37,946 bases of DNA from Candidatus Omnitrophota bacterium (lineage in GTDB: Bacteria > Omnitrophota > 4484-213), in contig JAGGUG010000076.1 of assembly GCA_021158625.1 (NCBI GenBank), forward strand, positions 1 through 37,946, read 5' to 3'. Below the pieces are notes generated by a model. It was given only the letters and a program-made list of their open reading frames with translations, ran no database searches and was not told where the DNA came from. The position numbers and the translations under genes were made by a program. This document shows positions 1 through 9,383 of this stretch, in pieces. Position 1 is the stretch's first letter; each line of letters starts with the position of its first letter.

Positions 1-1419
1 GAAGTAGAGGATAAGATTGGGGCGTATCTCTTTTTGGATAAAGAGAGGATTTTAAACAACGCCAAGGAGGAAAGACAGGGTTTGCTGGCTGGAATTCCTG
101 TAAGTATAAAGGATAACATCTGTGTAGGCGGTGAATTAACCCGCTGTGCCTCTAAGATATTGGAGGGATTTAATTCTCCCTATGATGCAACTACAATCAA
201 AAACTTGAAGAGGGAAGGGGCGGTTCTCTTTGGTCGAACAAATATGGACGAGTTCGCTTTTGGCTCTTCGTGTGAGAGCTCTGCCTATCAAATTACTCAC
301 AACCCCTGGGATTTAGAAAGGGTGCCCGGTGGTTCAAGCGGTGGTTCAGCTGCCGCCGTAGCCGCTGACGAAGCAATATTTGCTCTGGGTTCAGACACCG
401 GCGGTTCAATCCGCCAGCCGGCAGCTCTCTGCGGAATAGTCGGGCTAAAGCCGACCTATGGTCGGGTTTCCCGTTATGGTTTGATCGCCTTTGGTTCTTC
501 TTTAGACCAGATTGGCACACTTAGCAAGGATGTGCGTGATGCCGCTCTTTTGCTAAAAGTAATTGCCGGTTTTGATAGCCAGGATTCTACATCTCTCAAT
601 ACCCCTGTTCCGGATTATGAAACCTATTTAGGAAAGGAGATAAAGGGTTTTAAAATAGGTATCCCCAGGGAGTATTTTATTGAGGGATTAGGAAGAGGTG
701 TAAGAGAAAAAGTAGAGGAGGCAATCAAGGTTTTTCAGAGATTAGGGGCAGAGTGCGTGCAGATCTCCTTGCCCCATACCGAATACGCTGTTTCGGTATA
801 TTACATTCTGGCTACTGCTGAAGCGAGCTCCAATCTATCGCGGTTTGATGGGGTGGAATACGGGCAAAGAGCAAAGAGCAAAAAAAACTTGCTATCAGAG
901 ATGTATGAGCAAACGAGGGGAGAGGGGTTTGGCAAGGAGGTAAAACGGCGGATTATCTTAGGAACCTATGTCTTGAGCAGAGGGTATTACGACCAATATT
1001 ATCTGAAAGCAGCAAAGGTTCGGGAACTCATCAGAGGGGATTTTGAAGAGGCATTTAAAAGATGTGATTTGATTGTTACCCCTACTTCGCCCACTCCAGC
1101 TTGGAAAATAGGCGAAAAAATAGACGACCCTCTGAAGATGTATCTCTCGGATATCTTTACTATCCCGGCGAATTTAGCCGGCATTCCGGCAATCTCTATC
1201 CCCTGTGGTTTTACCCCGTTAGAGGACTCTACGAGACAAAGTAAGAGCAGTGTTCGCAGTATTAAAGAGCGAGCGAAGGATTCTCTAAAGGGGTTTACAA
1301 ATGAACTCCCTGTAGGTTTGCAGATTTTGGGAAAGCCATTTAAGGAAGAAGAAATTTTGCAAGCCGCTTATGCTTATGAACAAGCCACAGAGTGGCATCT
1401 GCAGAAACCAGAATTATAG
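1..1419 (+). CDS. gatA: Glu-tRNA(Gln) amidotransferase subunit A, 5' end cut by window (frame is open from base 1; the M at 34 in the ORF track is an internal TTG)
   Basis: Amidase signature region [13 protein letters not shown] and [13 protein letters not shown]-terminal PCGF...LPVGLQILG...YEQATEWH. Followed by gatB. Confidence 0.95.
   Translation, partial: EVEDKIGAYLFLDKERILNNAKEERQGLLAGIPVSIKDNICVGGELTRCASKILEGFNSPYDATTIKNLKREGAVLFGRTNMDEFAFGSSCESSAYQITHNPWDLERVPGGSSGGSAAAVAADEAIFALGSDTGGSIRQPAALCGIVGLKPTYGRVSRYGLIAFGSSLDQIGTLSKDVRDAALLLKVIAGFDSQDSTSLNTPVPDYETYLGKEIKGFKIGIPREYFIEGLGRGVREKVEEAIKVFQRLGAECVQISLPHTEYAVSVYYILATAEASSNLSRFDGVEYGQRAKSKKNLLSEMYEQTRGEGFGKEVKRRIILGTYVLSRGYYDQYYLKAAKVRELIRGDFEEAFKRCDLIVTPTSPTPAWKIGEKIDDPLKMYLSDIFTIPANLAGIPAISIPCGFTPLEDSTRQSKSSVRSIKERAKDSLKGFTNELPVGLQILGKPFKEEEILQAAYAYEQATEWHLQKPEL
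1210..1296 (+). repeat. 84-bp in-frame palindromic insertion in gatA (variant of the TACCC-GTTA element family)
   Basis: Left end GGTTTTACCCCGTTAGAGGA and right end TTCTCTAAAGGGGTTTAC are imperfect inverted repeats. The F-T codons are duplicated exactly 84 nt apart (1210 and 1294). It adds 28 aa between PCGF and LPVGLQ. Confidence 0.6.
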
Positions 1420-1427
1420 AATTCAAA

Positions 1428-1468
1428 CTTAATGAAACAAACAAGTCTGACTTAAATGTTTCATTAAG
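1428..1468. other. 12-bp perfect inverted repeat (CTTAATGAAACA / TGTTTCATTAAG, 17-nt loop) in the gatA-gatB spacer
   Basis: Read directly from the sequence. No U-tract follows, so it is not a clear intrinsic terminator. Confidence 0.6.
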
Positions 1469-1483
1469 TATCTCTTATCCATT

Positions 1484-2884
1484 ATGAAATTTAAAGCAAC
1501 CGTCGGATTAGAGGTTCATCTGCAATTAAATACCAAGAGCAAGATATTCTGTGCTTGCTCTGCAGAGTTTGGCGCACCGCCCAATACTCAGACCTGCCCG
1601 GTCTGTCTGGGGTTGCCCGGTTCGTTGCCAGTCCTGAATGCGGAGGTGTTGACTAAGGCGATTAAGCTCTGTTTAGCCCTGAATTGTGAGATAGCCGAAG
1701 AGATAAGGTTTGACCGTAAGAATTATTTTTATCCTGATCTGCCCAAGGGTTATCAAATATCTCAATATGATAAACCTGTAGGTTCTAAAGGAAGATTGGC
1801 GGGGATAGGGATTAGGCGTATTCATTTAGAAGAAGATGCCGGAAAGCTTATCCATACTTCTCAGGGGAGTTTGGTTGATTATAATCGCGCCGGCACGCCT
1901 CTATTAGAGATTGTTAGCGAGCCGGAGATTCAGAGTCCGCAGCAGGCTTATAACTATCTCTTAACCTTGAAATCAATAAGTGAGTATCTGGAGATCTCTG
2001 ATTGTAATATGGAGGAGGGAAGTTTGCGCTGTGATGCCAATATCTCTCTAAATCCTGTGGAGAGCGAGAAATTAGGAACAAAAGTAGAACTAAAGAATAT
2101 GAATTCTTTTCGCGGGGTGGAGAAGGCACTGGAGTTCGAGATAAAGCGGCAGGAGGAGATTTTAAGCCGCGGAGAAAAGGTAATTCAGGAGACCCGGCTC
2201 TGGGATGCTAATAAGGAAATAACCTTGCCAATGCGCAGTAAAGAAGAGGCAAACGACTATCGCTATTTTCCTGAGCCTGACCTCCCACCTTTTTTCGTTT
2301 GCCGAGAGATGGTTGAAAAAATAAAGGCAGAGATGCCCGAACTCCCAGAAGAGCGAAAGCAGAGGTTTATTTCCCAATATAAAATTCCCGAATATGATGC
2401 CTCGGTATTGACAAGTGAAAAGAAGATGGCTGATTATTTTGAGGAGTGTTTGAAATTTTTTCCTAAGCCCAAAACAGTTAGCAATTGGTTGATGCGTGAT
2501 GTGTTGAATTTTTTAAAAGTGGAGAAGATTACCTGGGAGGATTTTCCACTTTTAGCGCAAGATTTTACGGATTTGTTAAAAACAGTGGAGACGAAGGAAA
2601 TCAGTATTAATATGGCGAGAGAGGTATTTTTAGAGATGCTAAAGAGCAATAAAAAGGCGGGAGATATTATTGCCGAGAAGGGTTTGAAGCAGGTAAGTGA
2701 TGAGAAAGAATTAGCGGCTGTTGTTGATGAAGTTATTCGAGCAAATCCCAAATCAGTCAAGGATTTCCAGGCCGGCAAAGAAAAAGCGTTGATGTTTCTG
2801 GTTGGTTATGCGATGCGCGAGACCAAAGGAAAAGCAAATGCACAGGTGGTTCAGAGGCTTTTAAGGGAGAGGTTAAGATGCTAA
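1484..2884 (+). CDS. gatB: Asp/Glu-tRNA amidotransferase subunit B
   Basis: N-terminal GLEVHLQLNT..KIFC, HLEEDAGK, C-terminal YqeY-like tail. Adjacent to gatA. Confidence 0.95.
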   Translation: MKFKATVGLEVHLQLNTKSKIFCACSAEFGAPPNTQTCPVCLGLPGSLPVLNAEVLTKAIKLCLALNCEIAEEIRFDRKNYFYPDLPKGYQISQYDKPVGSKGRLAGIGIRRIHLEEDAGKLIHTSQGSLVDYNRAGTPLLEIVSEPEIQSPQQAYNYLLTLKSISEYLEISDCNMEEGSLRCDANISLNPVESEKLGTKVELKNMNSFRGVEKALEFEIKRQEEILSRGEKVIQETRLWDANKEITLPMRSKEEANDYRYFPEPDLPPFFVCREMVEKIKAEMPELPEERKQRFISQYKIPEYDASVLTSEKKMADYFEECLKFFPKPKTVSNWLMRDVLNFLKVEKITWEDFPLLAQDFTDLLKTVETKEISINMAREVFLEMLKSNKKAGDIIAEKGLKQVSDEKELAAVVDEVIRANPKSVKDFQAGKEKALMFLVGYAMRETKGKANAQVVQRLLRERLRC

Positions 2885-3979
2885 CGGAAATCAAAGATAG
2901 ATTGATAGAAATCAAGAAGAAATTGGAAAACCTACGGGGGTATCTTTGAAATAGATAGCAAGAAAAAGAAAATTGAAGAGCTACAGAAAGAAATGTCTGC
3001 TCCCGGGTTCTGGGATAACCGCCAAAAAGCCGAAAGCGTCTTAAAAGAGCTAAAGGAGTTAAAAAGTGTAGTTGCCCCCTGGGAAAAAGTTAACCAGGAG
3101 TATGAGGATTTAAGTGAGCTTTCTCAATTAATCCAGGAGAGCGATAAGAAGGATGTTGAGGAAATTGCTGCTAACTTAGAGAGATTAAAGGACGATTTAG
3201 AGCAGTTAGAATTTAGGCTCATCCTGGCTAAAGACGAGGATAAAAACAATGCGATTTTGAATATTCATCCCGGAGCAGGCGGCACCGAGGCTTGCGATTG
3301 GGCCGAGATGCTCTTGCGAATGTATCTCAGATGGGCCGAGAAGAGAAAATTTAAAACAAAGGTAATCGACCTTTTGCCCGGCGGAGAGGCAGGAATAAAG
3401 GATGTTACGGTTGAGATTGAAGGCAGTTATGCTTATGGTTATCTAAAAGCCGAAAGAGGCGTGCATCGTCTTGTGCGCATTTCACCCTTTGACGCCAACA
3501 AGCGTCGGCACACCTCCTTTGCCTCAGTGGATGTTATGCCTGAGGTAGAGGAGGAGAAGGACATCGAGCTCAAGCCCGAAGATTTAAAGATTGATGTCTT
3601 TCGTTCTTCCGGCCCGGGCGGACAGAGCGTGAATACTACAGATTCGGCAGTGCGCGTGACTCATCTGCCTACGGGAATTGTGGTAAGTTGCCAGAACGAA
3701 CGCTCCCAATACAAGAATAAAGTCTGGGCATTAAAGGTATTAAAAGCGCGGCTCTATCAGCGTCAATTAGAAGAAGAAAGAAAAAAACTGAAAGAAAAAT
3801 ACGGCGAAAAATTAGATATTGCCTGGGGGAGTCAGATTCGTTCCTATGTCTTTCATCCCTATTCTATGGTCAAAGACCACCGCACCAATATAGAAGAACA
3901 CAATGTCTCGGCAGTAATGGACGGGGAGATTGATAGATTTATTGAGGGATTTCTGAAAAAATTTCCAGATTATGCTTAA
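2878..3979 (+). CDS. prfB: Peptide chain release factor 2, with programmed +1 frameshift (frame 0 covers 2878-2946; T2947 is skipped; the +1 frame runs from 2948)
   Basis: A 23-codon leader [23 protein letters not shown] ends at an in-frame TGA within CGGGGGTATCTTTGAA. The +1 frame joins the 2993 ORF. SPF and GGQ motifs are present. Confidence 0.95.
2935..2949 (+). promoter_or_regulatory. RF2 autoregulatory +1 frameshift site (internal SD-like GGGGG, then TAT CTT TGA)
   Basis: Sequence CGG GGG TAT CTT TGA matches the classical prfB recoding cassette. Confidence 0.9.
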
Positions 3980-6584
3980 CTTTATTCTCAGAAAAATAAT
4001 CGGCACTCAGAATCAGCGGGCGTTGAGAAAGATGGCTCCTGTTGTAGAAAGGATAGAAAGTCTCGAGCCGTCTATCTCTGCTCTCACCGATGACGAACTG
4101 CAGGCAAAGACAGAGGAGTTTAGAGAGCGTCTTAATAAAGGAGAGACTCTGGACGACCTTCTCCCGGAGGCGTTTGCCGTTGTCCGCGAGGCGGGCAAGC
4201 GGACGATAAATATGCGCCATTTTCCGGTTCAACTCATCGGTGGGATTGTTTTGCATCAGGGGAAGATTGCCGAGATGGCCACTGGAGAAGGGAAAACATT
4301 GGTGGCTACCTTAGCGGCTTACTTAAATGCTCTAAGCGGTAAAGGGGTGCACATTGTTACCGTAAATGACTATTTAGCCCGCAGAGACCGCCAGTGGATG
4401 GGGCCAATCTATGAATTTCTCGGGCTTAGTGTAGGGGTAATCCAGCAAGGGATGTCCCCCCAGCAGCGACGTGCCGCCTACAACTGCGATGTTACCTATG
4501 GCACTAACAACGAATTTGGTTTTGATTATCTGCGAGACAATATGGTTGTTTCTATAGAAGATAAGGTACAAAGAGGGCTACATTACGCGATTGTTGATGA
4601 GGTGGATAGCATCCTCATCGATGAGGCCCGTACCCCCCTAATTATCTCCGGTCCGAGCGAGGAATCAACAGATAAATATTATAAGGTAGATAGAATAATC
4701 CCGCTGCTTAAGAAAGGCGAGAGGGATGAGGTGAGCAAAGAGGAAAGAGGGGATTATATTGTCGATGAAAAACACAAGACCTCTTATCTAACTGAACAAG
4801 GGGAGATTAAGGCGGCTAAACTCTTGGGGCTAAAGGATATGCATAGTTTGACAACAATGGAATACAAACACCATGTCAATCAGGCATTGCGTGCGCACAA
4901 CAATTATAAGCGTGATGTTGATTATATGGTCAAAGACAATCAGGTGGTTATTGTCGATGAGTTCACTGGACGATTAATGCCCGGGAGAAGGTGGTCAGAT
5001 GGGTTGCACCAGGCAATTGAGGCAAAAGAAAGGGTAAAGATTGAAAGAGAGAACCAGACCTTAGCTACAATTACCTTTCAGAATTATTTCCGGATGTATG
5101 AGAAACTTGCGGGAATGACCGGCACTGCGGCTACCGAGGCATCAGAGTTTTTGCAGATTTATAAGTTGGATGTAGTGGTTATTCCCACCAATAAGCCATT
5201 AAACAGAACAAATTATCCCGATGTAATCTATAAAACCGAGCGGGAGAAGTTTAATGCCGTAGTGAAAGAAATTGAAGAGCTCCACAAGCAGGGACGGCCA
5301 GTATTAGTGGGCACGGTCTCTATTGAGAAATCCGAGCGGTTGAGCCAGTTGTTAAAAAGAAAGAATATTATGCACTCGGTGTTAAATGCTAAATATCACG
5401 AGCGCGAGGCAGAAATAGTTGCCTTAGCCGGACAGAGGAATGCCGTGACCATTGCTACGAATATGGCTGGGAGAGGCACAGATATTGTTTTAGGAGAGGG
5501 AGTAGCGGAGTTAGGGGGACTGCATATTATCGGCACCGAGAGACACGAAGCCCGCCGAATTGACAATCAACTGCGCGGGCGTGCTGGCCGACAGGGCGAC
5601 CCTGGTTCATCGCGTTTTTATCTTTCCTTGGAAGATGATCTCCTGCGTCTATTTGGCTCGGAGAGGATAATGGGGATGATGAAGCGTTTGGGAATACCGG
5701 AGGGGCAAGCAATCGAGCATAAACTGATTACCCGGGCCATTACTACTGCCCAGAAGAGAGTAGAGGCGATGAATTTTGATATTCGCAAGCAACTTTTGGA
5801 CTACGATAATGTGATGAATAAACAACGCGAGGTGATTTATAAACAACGCGAGGTGATTTTAAAAGGAGAGAATTTAGAGGAGGAGATAAACAGGATGATT
5901 GAATCAGTTTTGGAAAGAGGGCTACAGAGTTATCTCCCTTCTCCAAATACTGATGAACACTGGGACTTAGTCGGCCTTGAGAGATGGTTAAAGCAGAAAT
6001 TTGGAATAGAAAAGCAGATGGATATTAAGGGAGAAGTTCGTCCGCATCTTGTTTATCATGAGATTAAAGAGAATTTATTAAACAAGATAAAGAGTCTCTA
6101 CAGACAAAAGAAGCAGAGGATTGGGGAATCAGCAATGGAATATTTGGAAAGAAGAGCAATGCTTCAGGTGTTGGATACAAAATGGAAAGAACACCTCTAC
6201 GCAATGGACAGTTTGCGTGAGGGGATTGGACTCAGGGCTTATGGTCAGCGCGATCCTCTGGTAGAGTATCAACACGAATCCTTTGCAATGTTTTCGGAGA
6301 TGATAGAGAGAATAGAGGAGGAATCTCTGGAGTTTATATTCAAGGCAGAGCCGATTCAAGAGGAGGTCACGAGCGTATTTTCTGTTCCTCAGGAGTTTGT
6401 GCATAAGGAGATGGCCGGATTAGAGAAGGCCCGGGCAAGGAAAACTCAATTAGAGCCCCCTGTCTCCCCACCGCCTTCTGCCAATATCACCTATCGCCGC
6501 TCAGGAAAAAAGATTGGTCGCAACGAACCCTGCCCCTGCGGCAGTGGGAAGAAATATAAGTATTGCTGTGGAAGAAACGAGTAA
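3972..6584 (+). CDS. secA: Preprotein translocase ATPase SecA
   Basis: MATGEGKT Walker [31 protein letters not shown]-terminal zinc motif [14 protein letters not shown]. Overlaps the prfB stop by 8 nt. Confidence 0.97.
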   Translation: MLNFILRKIIGTQNQRALRKMAPVVERIESLEPSISALTDDELQAKTEEFRERLNKGETLDDLLPEAFAVVREAGKRTINMRHFPVQLIGGIVLHQGKIAEMATGEGKTLVATLAAYLNALSGKGVHIVTVNDYLARRDRQWMGPIYEFLGLSVGVIQQGMSPQQRRAAYNCDVTYGTNNEFGFDYLRDNMVVSIEDKVQRGLHYAIVDEVDSILIDEARTPLIISGPSEESTDKYYKVDRIIPLLKKGERDEVSKEERGDYIVDEKHKTSYLTEQGEIKAAKLLGLKDMHSLTTMEYKHHVNQALRAHNNYKRDVDYMVKDNQVVIVDEFTGRLMPGRRWSDGLHQAIEAKERVKIERENQTLATITFQNYFRMYEKLAGMTGTAATEASEFLQIYKLDVVVIPTNKPLNRTNYPDVIYKTEREKFNAVVKEIEELHKQGRPVLVGTVSIEKSERLSQLLKRKNIMHSVLNAKYHEREAEIVALAGQRNAVTIATNMAGRGTDIVLGEGVAELGGLHIIGTERHEARRIDNQLRGRAGRQGDPGSSRFYLSLEDDLLRLFGSERIMGMMKRLGIPEGQAIEHKLITRAITTAQKRVEAMNFDIRKQLLDYDNVMNKQREVIYKQREVILKGENLEEEINRMIESVLERGLQSYLPSPNTDEHWDLVGLERWLKQKFGIEKQMDIKGEVRPHLVYHEIKENLLNKIKSLYRQKKQRIGESAMEYLERRAMLQVLDTKWKEHLYAMDSLREGIGLRAYGQRDPLVEYQHESFAMFSEMIERIEEESLEFIFKAEPIQEEVTSVFSVPQEFVHKEMAGLEKARARKTQLEPPVSPPPSANITYRRSGKKIGRNEPCPCGSGKKYKYCCGRNE

Positions 6585-6616
6585 GCTACAGGCTTCACGC
6601 TTAAAAGCAAGAATTA

Positions 6617-8182
6617 ATGCATAGTGAAAGAATAAATTCTAAAGCAGTTTTTCTCGCCGTTCTTTCTTCTTTTTTATTAATTCTTTCCTTTCCTAAATTT
6701 AATCTTTCCTTTTTTGCCTGGGTTGGTTTTGTACCTTTGTTTATTGTCTCTGAGAATAGAACCCGCAAAGAGTCTTTCCTTTTATTTTATTTATCCGGAC
6801 TTATTTTTTGGGCGGGAATTCTTTATTGGCTGATTCAGGTTAATCTCATCGGCTTTCTCCTCTTGATTTTTTACTTAGCTCTTTACTTCGGCATCTTCGG
6901 TTTTTTCATTCCCCCCGCTCCCCGCTCCCCGCTCCCCGCTCCCCGCTATTTACTTTTTCTTCCCTCTTTATGGGTGAGTTTAGAATTTATCCGTTCGCAT
7001 TTATTTACTGGCTTTGGCTGGGCCCTGCTTGGCTATTCGCAATACACAAACCTTCCGATTATTCAGATTGCCGATGTCACCGGCGGCTATGGCGTTTCAT
7101 TTTTGATTATCTTAGTAAATGCAACGATAGGGCGAGTTCTTTCAGAAGTCAAAAAACAGAAGTCAGAAAACAGAAATTATTTATTTCCTTTTTTTTATCT
7201 GTTAAGTGTCCTTTGTCTTCTGTCCTCTGTTTTTATCTATGGTTACAGTAAGTTGACCCACTTCCCACTTCCCATTTCTCACTTCCCACTCAGGATTTCC
7301 CTCATTCAGGGCAATATCCCCCAGCATCAGAAATGGGATGCGCAACTTAAAGAAAGTATCCTGAGCAAATATATCCATCTCAGTGAACAAACCGCCAAAA
7401 GCGACTCTCCGCATCTAATCATCTGGCCCGAGACAGCTGTCCCGGCTTATTTTAATCAAGACAAAGAAGTAAAAAAGAGAATTTTAAGTTTATCCTCAGA
7501 GATAAATACCCCTTTATTAGTAGGAGCAGCAACCTTTCAAAAGAATAAACCCGGCACCAGAGCGATGCAGGGTAAATCTTTTAATAGCGCTATTCTTATT
7601 TCCTCAGGCAAAGCGGTTCAACAATATGATAAACTTCATCTCGTTCCCTTTGGCGAATATGTCCCCTCGCTTTTTTCTTTTGTCCGCAATTTTATTGAAA
7701 TCGGTGATTTTTCAAAAGGCAGAGAATGGAAAATTTTCTCTTTACCCTCTAACCTTTACCCTCTACCCTCTTTTGCCGTGCTCATTTGTTTTGAGGATGT
7801 CTTTCCCTATTTGAGCCGTGGATTTGTGAAGAGAGGGGCAGACTTTTTGATAAATATCAGCAACGACGCCTGGTTTGGCAAAACGAGCGCCCCTTACCAG
7901 CACTGTCAGTCAGCTGTCTTTCGAGCAGTAGAAAACAGGGTAAATGTAATAAAGTGTTCCAATACCGGCGTTTCCTGCTTCATAAGCCCCACAGGAAGAA
8001 TCTCTGGTCGACTTTCTAAGCAAGGAAAGGATATCTTTGTAGCGGGCTATTCTACGCAGAAGATACCAATTGAAAAAACAACGCTTACATTTTACACTCG
8101 CTTTGGCGATGTCTTTGCTATCCTCTGCTTGCTGTTTTGTGGGGGGTTTGGTATAATAAGTATGATAAGAAGACACAAATGA
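6617..8182 (+). CDS. lnt: Apolipoprotein N-acyltransferase (multi-TM N-terminus plus CN-hydrolase domain)
   Basis: Hydrophobic N-terminal half with GFGW..LGYSQ. C-terminal domain has IQGNI..QKW, WPE, ICFE, and NDAWFG. Confidence 0.85.
   Translation: MHSERINSKAVFLAVLSSFLLILSFPKFNLSFFAWVGFVPLFIVSENRTRKESFLLFYLSGLIFWAGILYWLIQVNLIGFLLLIFYLALYFGIFGFFIPPAPRSPLPAPRYLLFLPSLWVSLEFIRSHLFTGFGWALLGYSQYTNLPIIQIADVTGGYGVSFLIILVNATIGRVLSEVKKQKSENRNYLFPFFYLLSVLCLLSSVFIYGYSKLTHFPLPISHFPLRISLIQGNIPQHQKWDAQLKESILSKYIHLSEQTAKSDSPHLIIWPETAVPAYFNQDKEVKKRILSLSSEINTPLLVGAATFQKNKPGTRAMQGKSFNSAILISSGKAVQQYDKLHLVPFGEYVPSLFSFVRNFIEIGDFSKGREWKIFSLPSNLYPLPSFAVLICFEDVFPYLSRGFVKRGADFLINISNDAWFGKTSAPYQHCQSAVFRAVENRVNVIKCSNTGVSCFISPTGRISGRLSKQGKDIFVAGYSTQKIPIEKTTLTFYTRFGDVFAILCLLFCGGFGIISMIRRHK
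6913..6947 (+). repeat. Perfect heptanucleotide tandem repeat (CCCCGCT)x5 inside lnt
   Basis: Five exact units read directly from the sequence; translated as PAPRSPLPAPR. Confidence 0.95.
7143..7177 (+). repeat. About 14-nt tandem repeat (CAGAAGTCAAAAAA / CAGAAGTCAGAAAA / CAGAAAT) inside lnt
   Basis: Direct reading; encodes EVKKQKSENRN. A partly complementary tract (GTCCTTTGTCTTCTGTCCTCTGTTTT) follows at about 7208-7233. Confidence 0.6.
7259..7293 (+). repeat. Degenerate heptamer array (CACTTCC-like, 5 units) inside lnt
   Basis: CACTTCC CACTTCC CATTTCT CACTTCC CACTCAG; encodes HFPLPISHFPLR just before the CN-hydrolase domain. Confidence 0.8.
7743..7777 (+). repeat. Degenerate heptamer array (TACCCTC-like, 4-5 units) inside lnt
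   Basis: TACCCTC TAACCTT TACCCTC TACCCTC TTTTGCC; encodes LPSNLYPLPSF just before ICFE. Confidence 0.8.
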
Positions 8183-9159
8183 TAAGAACCCTTGCTTTGT
8201 TTTCCGGGGGATTGGATAGTGTCCTGGCTGCTAAACTTATTTTAGAACAGGGCATTGAGGTAATCGGAGTAAATTTTATTACCCCATTTTTTGCCTCGGA
8301 TAATGAACAGAAGGTTAAGCAGATTGCCGCTAATTTAGGAATAGAGTTAAAGACAATTGGCTTGGGGGATGAGTATGTTGAAATAGTTAAGTCACCCAAA
8401 TACGGCTATGGCAAAAATCTCAATCCCTGTCTTGACTGCCGAATATTGATGCTTAAAAGAGCAAAGGGTTTGCTTCAAAGAAAGAGGTTGTCCTTTATTA
8501 TCACCGGCGAGGTATTGGGTCAGCGGCCGATGTCTCAACATAAAAACGCATTTGCACTGATTGAGAAAGAAAGCAATCTAAAAGGTTTAATTCTGCGTCC
8601 ACTTTCAGCAAAACTCCTACCGCTCACACTCGCCGAAAAAGAAAACTGGGTAGATAGAGAGAAATTGTTAGATATACAAGGACGCTCGCGCAGGATACAA
8701 ATAGATTTAGCCAACAAATGGGGAATTAGCAACTATTTTTCCCCAAGCGGCGGCTGTTTGCTTACCGACCCTATTTTTAGCCAGAGAATGAGAGACCTTT
8801 TGAGATATCAAGATACCTCTTTGGACAATATAGAATTGCTTAAGATTGGTCGCCACTTTCGTCTATCCCCGCGGACAAAATTGATTGTAGGAAGAGACGA
8901 AAGAGAAAACAATTTCCTTGTTGAGTTAATTAAAACAGAGGATGTTTGCTTTAGACCAATAGAAGTTAAGGGCCCAATAGGTATAGGCAAGGGGAATTTT
9001 GATGACTCGCTGATTGGTTTAGCCACTCAGATAATTGCCCGATATTGCGATGAAAAGGAGAAAGCGGTAGAAATAGGTTGGAAATTGTCTAACCAGAAAA
9101 TGAAGAAAATTAAGGTGATGGCGATGAGCGAGAAAGAAATAGAGGAGTTTAGGATATAA
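8179..9159 (+). CDS. PP-loop ATP pyrophosphatase, ThiI/MnmA-like tRNA sulfurtransferase family (exact function uncertain)
   Basis: SGGLDS PP-loop at the N-terminus, NPCLDC, ITGEVLGQRPMSQ, SPSGGCLLTD. The ATG at 8179 overlaps the lnt stop (ATGA). The ORF-track start at 8137 lies inside lnt. Confidence 0.7.
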   Translation: MIRTLALFSGGLDSVLAAKLILEQGIEVIGVNFITPFFASDNEQKVKQIAANLGIELKTIGLGDEYVEIVKSPKYGYGKNLNPCLDCRILMLKRAKGLLQRKRLSFIITGEVLGQRPMSQHKNAFALIEKESNLKGLILRPLSAKLLPLTLAEKENWVDREKLLDIQGRSRRIQIDLANKWGISNYFSPSGGCLLTDPIFSQRMRDLLRYQDTSLDNIELLKIGRHFRLSPRTKLIVGRDERENNFLVELIKTEDVCFRPIEVKGPIGIGKGNFDDSLIGLATQIIARYCDEKEKAVEIGWKLSNQKMKKIKVMAMSEKEIEEFRI

Positions 9160-9194
9160 AATATGAGCGGATGCAAGGAAAGAAAGTAAATAAA

Positions 9195-9373
9195 GGCGTC
9201 CGCCTCTGGCGGACTATCCTCAGCCCCGAAGTTTCGGGGCTTCGGCTCTCGCTTCGCGAGTAAGGAAGAAAAACAAAAAGCGGAAATCTGCTTTGCAGAT
9301 TTCCTATCCTCAGCCCGCCTACGCTAAAGCTTTGGCGGGCTTCGGCTCTCGCTTCGCGAGTAAGGAAAGGAGG
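9195..9373 (+). repeat. Two tandem copies of a multi-hairpin leader module, each ending in CTTCGGCTCTCGCTTCGCGAGTAAGGAA; the second copy ends in the ribH Shine-Dalgarno
   Basis: Hairpins GTCCGCC-TCT-GGCGGAC (9198-9214) and GGAAATCTGC-TTT-GCAGATTTCC (9282-9304). TATCCTCAG at 9215 and 9305. Identical 29-mers start at 9240 and 9340. A third copy lies at 27966-28015. Confidence 0.85.
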
Positions 9374-9383
9374 TGTGAGAGAG

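Noticed and set aside
5820-5861. A 21-nt near-perfect tandem duplication in secA (AAACAACGCGAGGTGATTTAT / AAACAACGCGAGGTGATTTTA), encoding [14 protein letters not shown]
   Set aside because: SecA proteins naturally have a QRxxIYxQRxxLL pattern at this point, and the length matches what I recall for E. coli SecA. It is therefore not an insertion. The nucleotide identity is curious but explained by the repeated amino-acid pattern.
6970-7251. Alternative-frame ORF 6970..7251(+) inside lnt
   Set aside because: It lies wholly within the lnt frame, which has clear family motifs. It is probably an incidental open frame, relevant only if the (CCCCGCT)n array really shifts frame.
9160-9383. Possible CRISPR-like or riboswitch nature of the repeated units upstream of ribH
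   Set aside because: There are only two tandem units, with no unique spacers of regular size and no cas genes. The sequence lacks the conserved FMN-riboswitch core. A dispersed leader repeat explains it better.
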